Below are positions 30,869-40,917 of a DNA stretch of 64,000 bases, one piece after another (within the stretch, counting starts at the first letter, position 1; each line of letters opens with the position of its first letter). This DNA comes from Planctomycetota bacterium. GTDB lineage: Bacteria; Planctomycetota; MHYJ01; WSZJ01. The stretch lies in NCBI GenBank assembly GCA_038060895.1, contig JBBTCT010000015.1, forward strand, positions 1-64,000. Direction: 5' to 3'. A program made the position numbers and the translations under genes. The notes below the pieces were generated by a model that saw only the letters and a program-made list of their open reading frames with translations, was not told the origin of the DNA and searched no databases.

Positions 30869-32465
30869 GGGCCCACTTGAGAAGGGCGTCTCCCCGCACG
30901 GAGGAGCTGGCGAACGTCATCCGTCCCGTGACGAGTTCGGGCGCGCCGTCGCCATCGAGGTCGCCGGCGGCAAGCGTGACAAAATGCGAGGGAGAAGGGA
31001 TGTCGTGTCGCACGAAGGCCATCTTCCCGTCGTTCTCGTACCAGAGCAGTCCCGTTTGTCCTTCTACGCCCCACATCCCGAAGAGCACGGCGACTGCGAC
31101 ATCCATGTCTCCGTCTGAATCGAGATCCGAAGCGACGGCGCGATAGGGGCCGTAGCAGCGTCCGATGTCGTGCCAGTCGTACACGAGACTCCCGCGGTTC
31201 TCGAGCCACTGGATGCCGTGGTACGGTTTCGGGGTCCCGTTCGGATTGTCGAGCGCGTCGCCGTTGGAAAAGAGCAGGTCCCAGTCGCCGTCGCGGTCGA
31301 GGTCGGTGAGCTGGAGCCCGGAGGAGCCGTACAGGGGGGTCCGCGCCTCGAACAGCGTCTTTGCCTCGAACGTACCGCCCCTGTTCAGGTACGCCGTGAT
31401 CGTCTCCGTCTCCTGCGAAACGAGCGCGACGAAATCCGCCCTGCCGTCGGCATCGAAGTCCGTGACGGGCACGTGGATCGCGCCGGGGCGATCGGCGATT
31501 TTCACGAGCTCCCACTTCGCCCCATCGTTCCGCAGCCAGCCGATGTATCCCGACTTGCGCCAGCCGAAGGCTCCGACGACGAGGTCCGGATCACCGTCGC
31601 CGTCCACGTCCGCCGGTTCCACGTCGGCCACGCGCGGTTGCCCTGTCATCAGCTCGCGGCGCTCCCAGCCCGTGGCTCCGTTGTTGACCAGGAGCAGGAC
31701 AGTGCCGACCAGGTCGTCGGAGGGCATCAGGCTCCCGAGCCCTGCGACCGCGATGTCCAGGTCTCCGTCGCCGTCGGCGTCGAAGACGGACGTGTGCGCC
31801 GGCGCCTCGCACGACGAGATCACCTCCTCCGTCCAGCCTGAGGAACCGCCGCGGACGATCGAAACCGTGTTCCCCCCGCCGTCGCAGACGAGCACTTCCG
31901 GCAGCCCGTCCCCATCCAGGTCCGCGATGTTCACGTTTGCCACCCGCGCTTCGTCGCGCTTCTCGTTCCCGAACACCGCCTTCCGGAATTCAAGTGCGCC
32001 GGCGCCAGTCGCGGCCGGCAGTCGCTCGAAAGCGGCCGGCGCGTGCTTCACGTAGTAAGCCTGGATCTCTTCCATGAGCGCTTCTTCCGGTGGCTTCCCG
32101 GCCAGCCTGAGAATGTTCTTCATCTCGCCCATGATCCTCGGCCACTCGTCGCGGACGACCACGTCGGGCGCCGGCGTGGCGTGACACTCCCCGCACGCCG
32201 CGCGCAATCCGGCGGGGCCCCGTTCGATGAAGGGCGTCACGTTGTCGCCGAAGCGCCAGCCGCGGGCGGCTGGAAGCGGTAGCGGGGGATGGTCGGGGGG
32301 CTTGACTGGCGGTTCGTCGGGCGGCCTGACCGGCGGCGGGACAGGTTGCGCCATCCGGGGCGTCGGCCGCGGCCGCTCCGCAGGTTTCCTTCCCCACCAC
32401 GCCATGCCCAGCGCGAGCGCCAGGACCGCCGCGATTCCCGCCGCCGCCCCCGCGCGACCTCTCAT
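30852..32465 (-). CDS. Membrane-anchored FG-GAP/VCBS repeat protein with N-terminal CxxCH heme motif
   Basis: CGECH followed by about seven DxDGDGxxD repeats. Confidence 0.8.
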   Translation of the reverse strand: MRGRAGAAAGIAAVLALALGMAWWGRKPAERPRPTPRMAQPVPPPVRPPDEPPVKPPDHPPLPLPAARGWRFGDNVTPFIERGPAGLRAACGECHATPAPDVVVRDEWPRIMGEMKNILRLAGKPPEEALMEEIQAYYVKHAPAAFERLPAATGAGALEFRKAVFGNEKRDEARVANVNIADLDGDGLPEVLVCDGGGNTVSIVRGGSSGWTEEVISSCEAPAHTSVFDADGDGDLDIAVAGLGSLMPSDDLVGTVLLLVNNGATGWERRELMTGQPRVADVEPADVDGDGDPDLVVGAFGWRKSGYIGWLRNDGAKWELVKIADRPGAIHVPVTDFDADGRADFVALVSQETETITAYLNRGGTFEAKTLFEARTPLYGSSGLQLTDLDRDGDWDLLFSNGDALDNPNGTPKPYHGIQWLENRGSLVYDWHDIGRCYGPYRAVASDLDSDGDMDVAVAVLFGMWGVEGQTGLLWYENDGKMAFVRHDIPSPSHFVTLAAGDLDGDGAPELVTGRMTFASSSVRGDALLKWALTKRK

Positions 32466-33211
32466 TGACCGAGCTCCAGCCGCTGGACCAGCTTCTCGTC
32501 GAATCCCGCCGCGGTCATCCGCTTCTGCGCCCCAGCGATGTCGTAGGCCACACGACGGAACTCGACGACGTCCTCCGTCGAGTCGTAGAGCGCCCAGGCC
32601 GCCTTCGCGCACCGGTCACGGGGCTGCCCCACGCTCCCGGGGTTGATCAGGTACGCCTTCGCGTCGGCGAGCTGCACCACCGCGACATCCGGCTTCTCCT
32701 CGAACTTCGCCTCCACCTTCGTCGCCGTCGCCATCGCCGGCACGTGCGTGTGGCCGAAAAAACACACGTGCACGTCCGGCATCGTCATCCGCAGGTACTG
32801 GATGTTCTCCTGGTAGGCCTCGTACGTGAGCAGGTACTCGTCCTCGTTGCGCGGCGAGCCGTGGACGAACAGCAGGCCGTCGTCCGTCGCGAGCTGAAGA
32901 GGCAGGCTTTTGAGGTCGAGCAGCTGGTCGGGGCGCAGGAGGTCGCGCGAGTACTCGATCGTCTTCCGCTTGTCATCCCGGCTGACCAGCTCGATCGACG
33001 TCACGCCGGTGATGTACCTCTCGTGGTTCCCGCAGATTCCCTTCGCCTTCCATTGACGCACTGCGTCAACGCACTCCACCGGGCTCGCGCCGTACCCCAC
33101 CAGGTCGCCCAGGTGGATGACCCGGTCCGGCTTCTCCTTCTTCACCGCGGCCATCACGGCCTGAAGCGCTTCGAGATTCGCATGTACGTCCGCGAGGATC
33201 GCGTATCTCAA
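32462..33211 (-). CDS. Metallophosphoesterase (calcineurin-like)
   Basis: TTG start overlapping the nadK stop; DVHAN, GDLVGYG, GNHE, VHGSP, GHTH, NPGSVGQPRD. Confidence 0.9.
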   Translation of the reverse strand: MRYAILADVHANLEALQAVMAAVKKEKPDRVIHLGDLVGYGASPVECVDAVRQWKAKGICGNHERYITGVTSIELVSRDDKRKTIEYSRDLLRPDQLLDLKSLPLQLATDDGLLFVHGSPRNEDEYLLTYEAYQENIQYLRMTMPDVHVCFFGHTHVPAMATATKVEAKFEEKPDVAVVQLADAKAYLINPGSVGQPRDRCAKAAWALYDSTEDVVEFRRVAYDIAGAQKRMTAAGFDEKLVQRLELGQ

Positions 33212-34056
33212 GGCAGCCTGGGGGTGAGCGCCCCTGCGAATCCCATTTTGTCGCGAAGGGCCGCGAACCACGCGCCGGGACCCGGGTGCACCAGGCGGAA
33301 CGGCTTTCGCGTCCGCCGGATCGTCACCACGTCGCCGTCGGCCACCGGGACGACCTCCTGCCCGTCCACCGTCAGCATCACGTCGCCGTTCCGCCGCGCC
33401 ATCTCGATCCGGATCGCCCGCCGCGCCGGCAGCACGATCGGCCTCATCGACAGCGAGTGCGGACAGATCGGCGTGATGATCATCGCTTCCAGCTCCGGGT
33501 CCACGATCGGCCCCCCCGCCGCCATCGAGTGCGCCGTGGATCCCGACGGCGTCGCGACGATCAGCCCGTCGCCGGACACGAGCGTGAACGGTTCTTCGCC
33601 GACGACGAGGCGAAGGTGGACCATGCGCGACACGGAGCCCCGGGCGATGACGGCGTCGTTGAGCGCGAGGAGGGTCCGCTTGCGGGAAGCGCCGGCGATC
33701 TCGACTTCGAACATAATGCGGTCGCTGGTGCGCATCGGGGACTTCGTGAGCTTCTCGATGGAGGCGCGGACCGTTTCGAGAGGAACTTCGGCCAGGAATC
33801 CCAGGCGGCCGGTGTTGACCCCGAGGACTGGAATGGCGTTCCCGGCGAGCCGGCGCGCAAGCGACAGAATCGACCCGTCGCCGCCGAAGAGAACGATCAG
33901 GTCGGCCCTGGCGCGCGACAGGTCTGCGGAGCCGTCGAGGTCGCGCAGGACCACCCTGAAGCGCTTCTGGAGCCACTTCTCATGCGCAGCGATGGCCGCC
34001 GCGCTGCGCTCCTTGCGCGAGTCGCCGACCAGGATGATCGTTGGGGAGCGTTTCAT
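33208..34056 (-). CDS. nadK: NAD(+) kinase
   Basis: GGDGS, GVNTGRLGFL, ALND, DGLIVATPSGSTAHSMAAGG. Confidence 0.93.
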   Translation of the reverse strand: MKRSPTIILVGDSRKERSAAAIAAHEKWLQKRFRVVLRDLDGSADLSRARADLIVLFGGDGSILSLARRLAGNAIPVLGVNTGRLGFLAEVPLETVRASIEKLTKSPMRTSDRIMFEVEIAGASRKRTLLALNDAVIARGSVSRMVHLRLVVGEEPFTLVSGDGLIVATPSGSTAHSMAAGGPIVDPELEAMIITPICPHSLSMRPIVLPARRAIRIEMARRNGDVMLTVDGQEVVPVADGDVVTIRRTRKPFRLVHPGPGAWFAALRDKMGFAGALTPRLP

Positions 34057-36017
34057 TAGATGGAAATCGGTTTGGTGATCACTCCAGCCCGCTCCGCGCA
34101 CTTCGCCGCCGACCGGGCAATTCCTGTGGCATCGAGTCCCAGCATCTCCAGCAGCTTCGGCCTGGAACCGTGCTCGATGAAACGGTCCGGAATCCCGATC
34201 CTCGCGATCTTCCGCGCGTCCGCGCCGCACGTCTGCGCCGCTTCAAGCACCGCCGACCCGAACCCTCCGAGCAGCTGGTGGTCTTCCACGGTCAGCACGA
34301 ACGGCTGCTCGCCGCACAGGCGCTGCACGGCATCCTCATCGACCGGCTTCGCGAAGCGCGCGTTGACCACGGCCAGGTCCAGCCCCTTCTCGGCGAGCCG
34401 GCGCGCGGCATCGAGCGCCGGGTACACCATCGCCCCGTACGCCAGGATGGCGCCCTGCTTGCCCTCGCGCACCCACTCCGCTTCGCCCAGGCGGATTTCC
34501 TTCCCGAACAGCACGGTTTCGCCGTCGGGGACGTTGGAGCGCGGGTACCGGAGGGCGACCGAGAGGTCCTGCTTGAGCGCCCACTCCATCATGCGGAACA
34601 ACTCGTGGCCGTCCTTGGGAGCGGCGACGGCGATGTTCGGAAACGGACGGATGTAGGCGATGTCGAAGACGCCGTGGTGCGTGGGGCCGTCGTCGCCGGC
34701 GATGCCGCCGCGGTCGAGGCAGAAGAGGACGGGGTTCCGGTTGAGGCAGACCTCGTGCATGATCTGGTCGAACGCGCGCTGGAGAAACGTCGAGTAGATT
34801 GCGGCGATCGGGCGGTTGCCCGCGAGCGCGAGGCCGCTGGCGAACGCGATGGCGTGCTGTTCGCAGATGCCGGCGTCGTAGTACCGGTCGGGATATTCCT
34901 TCTGGAATTTCGAGAGGCCCGTGCCTTCCGGCATCGCGGCGTTCAGCGCGAGCACGCGCTTGTCCTGCCGCGCGAGCTCGATCGCGCTTTCGGCAAAGAC
35001 CTGCGTCCACGTCTTCGTCGGCGCCGGCGGCTTCGACGGTTCGATCTTTCCGCTGGCCTCCACGGACGCGGACGGCTGGGCCGGATTCGCGAGCTTCAGC
35101 GCCGGCGCCGCGCCGATTTTTGCGGCATGCGCCCGCTGCGAATCCGTCTCCGCCCCCGGATGCCCGTGTCCCTTCTCCGTCAGCACGTGGAGCAGCACCG
35201 GTTTGCGGATGTCCCTGACCTGCCGGAGCGCCTTCTCGACCGCCTCGAGGTCGTGGCCGTCGACGGGGCCGAAGTAGTCGAACCCCAGCTCCTCGAAAAT
35301 GTTTACGCCGTGAATCGTGTGCTTCACGCCGTGCGCCACCGTTTCGAGCACGCGCTCCATCGGCATGCCCACGAACGGCAGCTTCTCAATCAGGCTCTTC
35401 AACTCCTGCTTCGCTTCGCGGTAGATCGGCGCCGCGCGGATCTTGTCGAGGTACTTGGCAAGCGCGCCGACGGTCTGGCTGATCGACCAGCGGTTGTCGT
35501 TGAGGATGACGAGAAGCGGCTTTTTCATGCCGCCGGCGTTGTTGAGGCCTTCGTAAGCGACGCCGCACGTCATCGACCCGTCGCCGACGACGGCGACGAC
35601 CTTCCGTTCGCGGCCCTGGTGCTGGTCGCCCGCGAGCACGCCCAGGGCGGTCGAAACGGCCGTGCCGGCATGGCCGAACATGTAGACGTCCTGGGGGCTC
35701 TCGGCGGGGCATGCGAAGCCGGAGAGTCCTCCGAACTGGCGCAAGGTCCTGAAGCGCTCGCGGCGGCCGGTGACGAGCTTGTGCGGGTAAACCTGGTGGG
35801 AGACGTCCCAGATCAGGCGGTCGTTGGCGAAGTCAAAGACCCTGTGAAGCGCCAGGGTGAGTTCGACGACGCCCAGGGCCGAGCCGAGGTGTCCGCCGGT
35901 CTGGTGGGTGACCAGTTCAATTTCGTCTCGGATCTCCTGGGCGACCTGCTTGAGCTGCTCCAGGGAGAGCGGCTTCAAGTCTGCGGGGGAGTTGATGCCG
36001 TCGAGGATCCGCGCCAT
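34056..36017 (-). CDS. dxs: 1-deoxy-D-xylulose-5-phosphate synthase
   Basis: GGHLGSALGVVELT, DVSHQVYPHK, GDGSMTCG..EGLNN, GICEQH, DGPTHHG. Confidence 0.96.
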   Translation of the reverse strand: MARILDGINSPADLKPLSLEQLKQVAQEIRDEIELVTHQTGGHLGSALGVVELTLALHRVFDFANDRLIWDVSHQVYPHKLVTGRRERFRTLRQFGGLSGFACPAESPQDVYMFGHAGTAVSTALGVLAGDQHQGRERKVVAVVGDGSMTCGVAYEGLNNAGGMKKPLLVILNDNRWSISQTVGALAKYLDKIRAAPIYREAKQELKSLIEKLPFVGMPMERVLETVAHGVKHTIHGVNIFEELGFDYFGPVDGHDLEAVEKALRQVRDIRKPVLLHVLTEKGHGHPGAETDSQRAHAAKIGAAPALKLANPAQPSASVEASGKIEPSKPPAPTKTWTQVFAESAIELARQDKRVLALNAAMPEGTGLSKFQKEYPDRYYDAGICEQHAIAFASGLALAGNRPIAAIYSTFLQRAFDQIMHEVCLNRNPVLFCLDRGGIAGDDGPTHHGVFDIAYIRPFPNIAVAAPKDGHELFRMMEWALKQDLSVALRYPRSNVPDGETVLFGKEIRLGEAEWVREGKQGAILAYGAMVYPALDAARRLAEKGLDLAVVNARFAKPVDEDAVQRLCGEQPFVLTVEDHQLLGGFGSAVLEAAQTCGADARKIARIGIPDRFIEHGSRPKLLEMLGLDATGIARSAAKCAERAGVITKPISI

Positions 36018-36208
36018 GAACGGGCCCCTACCGAAGGGAAACTCGACGCTCGGGGTGCCGCCACGGCGGCGGCTCTCCGCGTCCGTCGTAACCGTCGCGG
36101 CCCCAAAAGCTTGCAGCGACGGGCCCTTCACTTTACTCCGAAAATTGTCCGTGCGCAATCCATCCTGCTAGCATACGCGGCTCGGCGATCAAAGGAGGCC
36201 GACACGCC

Positions 36209-38185
36209 CTGAGTATCCTCGCCAAAGCTCACGAACTGGTCTTCGGGAAGCCGAAAGACCCCACCGATCCGAAGGTCTTCCACCGACTCTCGCTCATCGC
36301 CTTCTTCGCGTGGGTCGGCCTCGGCGCCGACGGACTGTCGTCTTCGGCCTACGGCCCTGAAGAATCCTTCAAGGAACTCTTCAAGGCCAACCACCAGTCC
36401 CTGGCCCTCTTCCTCGCCGCCGCCACTGCCTTCACCGTCTTCATCATTTCGTCCACCTACAACAAGGTCATCGAGGTCTTCCCGACCGGCGGTGGCGGCT
36501 ATCTCGTTGCAACGAAACTCCTCGGCGGCGGCGCAGGCCTGGTCTCAGGCGCTTCGCTCATGGTGGACTACGTCCTGACCGTCGCGATCTCGCTCGCAGC
36601 CGCCAGCAAGGCCATCTTTTCCATTCCGGTCCTGCATCCCTGGGCCCACCTCAGCCTCTGGCTCACGCTCGGATTCCTGGCCGTCCTCACCTACCTGAAC
36701 ATTCGTGGCGTCAAGGAGTCCACCCTCGTCCTCACCCCGATCTTCCTGACATTCCTGCTCACCCACGCCATCGTCATCGGATGGGGAATCTTCGGGCACT
36801 CGAAAGATCTCTCCGACATCGCAGGCGATGCCGCCACCACCGTCAGCAAGGCACGCTCGGAAGGTTCCCTCTGGATCCTCTTCACGGGATTCATGCTCGC
36901 CTACACCATGGGCGCCGGCACGTACACCGGCATCGAAGCGGTCTCGAATTCCATGAACGTCCTTCGTGATCCGAAGGTGGAGACGGGGAAGCGGACCATG
37001 CGCCTGATGGCCTGGTCCCTCGCCATCACGGCCGGAGGCATCCTCATGTGCTACCTCCTCCTGGACGTCAAGCCGAAGGGAGACAAGTCCCTCAACGGCA
37101 TCATGATTGAAGCGGTGGCCGGGACGTGGAACCTCACGCCCGGGTGGTTCGCCACGTTCGTCTTCATCACGCTCTTTTCCGAGGCCGCCCTGTTGATCGC
37201 GGCCGCGCAGGCCGGGTTTCTCGGCGGCCCGGCGGTGCTCTCGAACATGGCTCTGGACTCCTGGGTCCCGCACCGTTTCGCCAACCTCTCGGACCGCCTG
37301 GTGACGATGAACGGTGTCGTTTTGATGGCCGCCGCGGCCGGTGCGCTCATCGTCGGGACGAGGGGCAAGGTTGAAACCCTCGTCATCATGTACTCGATAA
37401 ACGTGTTCATCGTGTTCGTGCTCACGCAGATCGGGATGAGCGTCCACTGGATCAAGGTGCGCCGCCGCGTCAAGGCCTGGTGGCGGAATCTCGCTCTCAA
37501 CACCGTCGGCCTCGTGCTCTGCGCCACCATCCTGCTGTTCACCGTGATCCAGAAGTTCACGCACGGCGGCTACGTCACCGTGATCATCACCCTGGGGCTG
37601 GTGACATTCTGCCTCGTCGTGAAACTCCATTACCGCAAGGTCTCCCGCCTCCTCCGGCGCCTCGACATGGCTTTCAGGGAAATACCGGAAGCGGCCACCG
37701 ATCCCGGACTCGTCAATCCGGGCGAGGACGCGCCCACGGCGGTCCTTTTCGTCGGTTCTTATGGCGGCTTCGGCATCCACACGTTTTTCGCCATTCACAA
37801 GGCCTGGCCGCGCTACTACCAGCGCTTCATTTTTCTTTCTGTCGGCGTCGTCGACACCGCGCACTTCAAGGGAGTCGAAGAAGTCGAAAACCTCGAGCGC
37901 GAGACCGAGAACACGATCCGAAAGTACGTCCGCCTCGCGCGAGGGCAGGGGTGCTACGCCGTCGGTGAGTACAAGATTGGCCCCGACGCCGTCGAGCTGA
38001 TGATGGACATGGCGCGAAAAATGAAGAAGGAGTACCCGCAGGCCGTGTTCTTCAGTGGAAAGCTCGTCTTCCCGACCGAGAACTGGATGACGCGATTCCT
38101 GCACAACCAGACCGCCTACGCCGTGCAGCGGGAAATGCAGTTCGACGGGATGACCATGATCGTGCTGCCGGTAAGGGCGATCTAG
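36209..38185 (+). CDS. APC-superfamily (KimA-like) transporter, probable CTG start
   Basis: Frame is open upstream of the first ATG (36560) and encodes LGADGLSSSAYGPEE; AAGGAGG at 36192-36198 precedes CTG at 36209; TGIEAVSN motif. Confidence 0.85.
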   Translation: MSILAKAHELVFGKPKDPTDPKVFHRLSLIAFFAWVGLGADGLSSSAYGPEESFKELFKANHQSLALFLAAATAFTVFIISSTYNKVIEVFPTGGGGYLVATKLLGGGAGLVSGASLMVDYVLTVAISLAAASKAIFSIPVLHPWAHLSLWLTLGFLAVLTYLNIRGVKESTLVLTPIFLTFLLTHAIVIGWGIFGHSKDLSDIAGDAATTVSKARSEGSLWILFTGFMLAYTMGAGTYTGIEAVSNSMNVLRDPKVETGKRTMRLMAWSLAITAGGILMCYLLLDVKPKGDKSLNGIMIEAVAGTWNLTPGWFATFVFITLFSEAALLIAAAQAGFLGGPAVLSNMALDSWVPHRFANLSDRLVTMNGVVLMAAAAGALIVGTRGKVETLVIMYSINVFIVFVLTQIGMSVHWIKVRRRVKAWWRNLALNTVGLVLCATILLFTVIQKFTHGGYVTVIITLGLVTFCLVVKLHYRKVSRLLRRLDMAFREIPEAATDPGLVNPGEDAPTAVLFVGSYGGFGIHTFFAIHKAWPRYYQRFIFLSVGVVDTAHFKGVEEVENLERETENTIRKYVRLARGQGCYAVGEYKIGPDAVELMMDMARKMKKEYPQAVFFSGKLVFPTENWMTRFLHNQTAYAVQREMQFDGMTMIVLPVRAI

Positions 38186-38191
38186 CGACGG

Positions 38192-39244
38192 CTACTTCGC
38201 GCGGCTGGGAAGCGTCACGGCGCGGACCTGGCCGTCCTGGCACGCCAGGATCAGCACGTCGCGCGCGGCCACCGCCGGCAAAGACGGGCGCGACGGAAGC
38301 GTTGCGCGCCAGACCTCGTCGCCGGTGGACATGTCGCAGCCGACCAGCGGCCCTTCGTGGTCCAAGCGCAGCCCGAACCCCCCTGCTTCGTGCAGGACGG
38401 AATGAAAGGCGGCCGTTTCTTTTCCACTCGCGCTGTCCACCACGTGCGTCATGCCCTTGTTGATCCACGCGACCGACATCCCCCAGGCCCTCGCCGTCGC
38501 GCCACTCTCGCCGCCCAGGGCCCACCGGAGATCGCCCGTTGCCGCGTCCAGTGCGACGATCGTCCCCTTTTCGCCCGTGGCGATCGCCAGTGAACCCAGG
38601 AGGCTCAACCCGTAGGTTTCCCCTTCGGTCCTGTACGTCCACTTCGCTTTGCCCGTGGAAGCATCCACCGCGGTCAGCGCATTCTTCCTGCCGTAGATCA
38701 CCACCGCCCCACCGGCCGCAGGCGACGGGTAAACCGCTTCCGCTTCCTTCACGCGCCACGCTTCCTTTCCCGTCCTGGCGTCGAACGCCGCCAGCCCGCC
38801 GTGGACAGCGCAGAAGACCCGCCCTCCCCCCGTTGCCGGCGCCCTCGTCGAGCGGAAGTCGCCCTGGCCGCCACCCACCGCCGTTGACCACAGGCGCTCG
38901 CCCGTCTTCGCGACCACCGCCGTCAGCGAAGAGGTGTTTCCTTCCAGCGTCGTCCATCCTTCCACGAACGCCACCACGTCTCCGTCTGTCGCGGGGCCCT
39001 GCGTCCCACCCTGCGTTGCGACCGACCACCGCTCCTTCCCCGTCTCAAGGTCGAATGCTTTGAGAACCCCATCAGCGACGCCGTCGGGCGGCGGTGTCCG
39101 GGAGGCGAGCACGAAGACGCTCTTTTCCGACACAACCGGGGTCGCGAGCTGATCGCACCCGGTGCCCGCTTCCCATTTCACTTTGGGCTCGGCCGTGGCA
39201 ACGAGGGCGAACAGGGAAGCGGCGAGGGCAAGTTGTCGGCGCAT
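38192..39244 (-). CDS. Secreted PQQ-like beta-propeller (BamB-like) protein
   Basis: Signal peptide; repeated AxDxxTGxxxW motifs. Confidence 0.85.
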   Translation of the reverse strand: MRRQLALAASLFALVATAEPKVKWEAGTGCDQLATPVVSEKSVFVLASRTPPPDGVADGVLKAFDLETGKERWSVATQGGTQGPATDGDVVAFVEGWTTLEGNTSSLTAVVAKTGERLWSTAVGGGQGDFRSTRAPATGGGRVFCAVHGGLAAFDARTGKEAWRVKEAEAVYPSPAAGGAVVIYGRKNALTAVDASTGKAKWTYRTEGETYGLSLLGSLAIATGEKGTIVALDAATGDLRWALGGESGATARAWGMSVAWINKGMTHVVDSASGKETAAFHSVLHEAGGFGLRLDHEGPLVGCDMSTGDEVWRATLPSRPSLPAVAARDVLILACQDGQVRAVTLPSRAK

Positions 39245-39336
39245 GGGAAGTTCCTCCTGGGGGAAACGGAGCTGATCTGACGCGTGCAAGCTACGCAAGT
39301 TCTCCCAATTCCGCGACCGTCCACTAGACTCTGGCG

Positions 39337-40143
39337 ATGCGCTTCGTCGTCCTCGCCTCCGGTTCCAGCGGAAACGTCTCTGCCGTCTGGAACGGCACGC
39401 GCGGGCTGCTCATCGACGCGGGGACCGGGTCGTCAAAGTCGATCGAGGCCGCGCTACGTACGGCCGGTCTGCGTCCCGAGGGAATCGCGGGCATTCTCGT
39501 CACTCACGCTCACTCGGACCATTTCGGCCGGCCGGCCCGCATCTTCGCGAAAAAATACGGAGTCCCGGTCCTCACCCACCGCGACACCTACGCTGCCGCC
39601 TGCCGCCGCGCCCGCGACTTTCACGGCATGGACACGCTCGGCCACGTCCGCTTCCTTACCGAAAACGCCGACCACCTTCACGACGACTTCGAGATCCGCA
39701 CCTGGAGCGTCCCCCACGGCACCGAGTCCGCGGGCCGTCCGCTCGCATTTACGATCCGGTGCAACGGACGCACGGTGTTCTACGCGACCGACCTGGGGAT
39801 GGTGCCCCCCTACCTGATCCAGGCCATGCGCGACGCCGACTTCGTCCTGCTCGAGTCGAATTACGACGAGGAAATGGAAGTCACCTCCGGCCGGCCGGAC
39901 CACCTGATTGACTGGGTGACGGGACCGACCGGCCACCTGTCGAACGACCAGGCGGCGGAAGCGCTGGCGCTCGTGTTCGAGCCGGGGCACAAGAAGTACC
40001 CGAAGCGGGTGGTGCTGGGACATTTGTCGGAGGATTGCAATCTGCCTGCGCTGGCGATCGCGGCGATCCGTCCCCGTTTGCCGGTGCACGTTGAGCTGCA
40101 CATTGCGCCGCGGTATGAAGCGAGCGCGGTGTGGGATGTGTGA
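39337..40143 (+). CDS. MBL-fold metallo-hydrolase (YycJ/WalJ-like)
   Basis: LASGSSGN, THAHSDH, ESNYD, GHLSN, GHLSEDCN. Confidence 0.88.
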   Translation: MRFVVLASGSSGNVSAVWNGTRGLLIDAGTGSSKSIEAALRTAGLRPEGIAGILVTHAHSDHFGRPARIFAKKYGVPVLTHRDTYAAACRRARDFHGMDTLGHVRFLTENADHLHDDFEIRTWSVPHGTESAGRPLAFTIRCNGRTVFYATDLGMVPPYLIQAMRDADFVLLESNYDEEMEVTSGRPDHLIDWVTGPTGHLSNDQAAEALALVFEPGHKKYPKRVVLGHLSEDCNLPALAIAAIRPRLPVHVELHIAPRYEASAVWDV

Positions 40144-40484
40144 CTGGTCCGCTGCCTGAAATCGCCCTGAAGGACGGGGTCCTGACCGACCTCAAGTCCG
40201 AGGAATGAACGCCGCGCCGTTGTGATAGGCTGCATCCTTCGTCCTGGTTCGCGGTCCCGAGCCCACTCCCGGGCGCACCGCCCTCGGCCGTGAGGGCTGC
40301 ACTTCTCCGGGAGACCCGCCACATGTCCGGCTCGCTCCGCTTCGGGTCCCCTGCACCGGGCTCCCCCAACCGGCGTCCTGCCACGCCCCCGCCGACCGCC
40401 CGCTCTCCTGAGCCCGCGACGACCGCGCGGACCGCCCATCGTCCGGCCCGCCGGGTTCACGGCGCGCCCGCCCGGAGGAATTGC

Positions 40485-40880
40485 ATGAACTACCGCTTTG
40501 TTTTCGCCCTCGCCTTTCTGGCCGTCGCCGCCGCCGGTTGCGGTCCCGGAAGCATCTCCGTCACCAGGGGAAACAAGACGCTCACGCTGTTCGAACCCGA
40601 GGCCGCGACGGTGAAGCAGGGGGAAAGCGTGAAGGTGGAAGTCAAAATCAGCCGCGAGAACTTTACGGACCCGGTGTCCGTTCGCTTCGAGGGCCTGCCC
40701 CCGGGCGTGACGACGGACAACTCCACGACGTTCAACAACGGTCAGGACTCGATGAACCTCAATTTCCACGCGACGGCGGCCGCGCCTGCGGTGACGAATC
40801 AGGAAGTGAAGATCATCGCCGAGGCTTCGGGCGGGATGGCGACGAAGCTGACGATGAAGCTGTCCGTGAAGGCGAAGTAA
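40485..40880 (+). CDS. Lipoprotein with Ig-like beta domain
   Basis: GGAGG SD; lipobox AAAGC; GLPPGVT motif. Confidence 0.78.
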   Translation: MNYRFVFALAFLAVAAAGCGPGSISVTRGNKTLTLFEPEAATVKQGESVKVEVKISRENFTDPVSVRFEGLPPGVTTDNSTTFNNGQDSMNLNFHATAAAPAVTNQEVKIIAEASGGMATKLTMKLSVKAK

Positions 40881-40892
40881 CAAACCGGCGGG

Positions 40893-40917
40893 GCGGCGGG
40901 CCCGATGGCCCGCCGTC
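40893..40917. terminator. Hairpin between convergent genes
   Basis: gcggcgggcc-cgat-ggcccgccgt. Confidence 0.5.

Noticed and set aside
40230-40380. Group II intron domain V or SRP RNA on the minus strand
   Set aside because: Only short motif resemblance (GAGCCG; GCAGCC); the required stems and conserved loops are absent.
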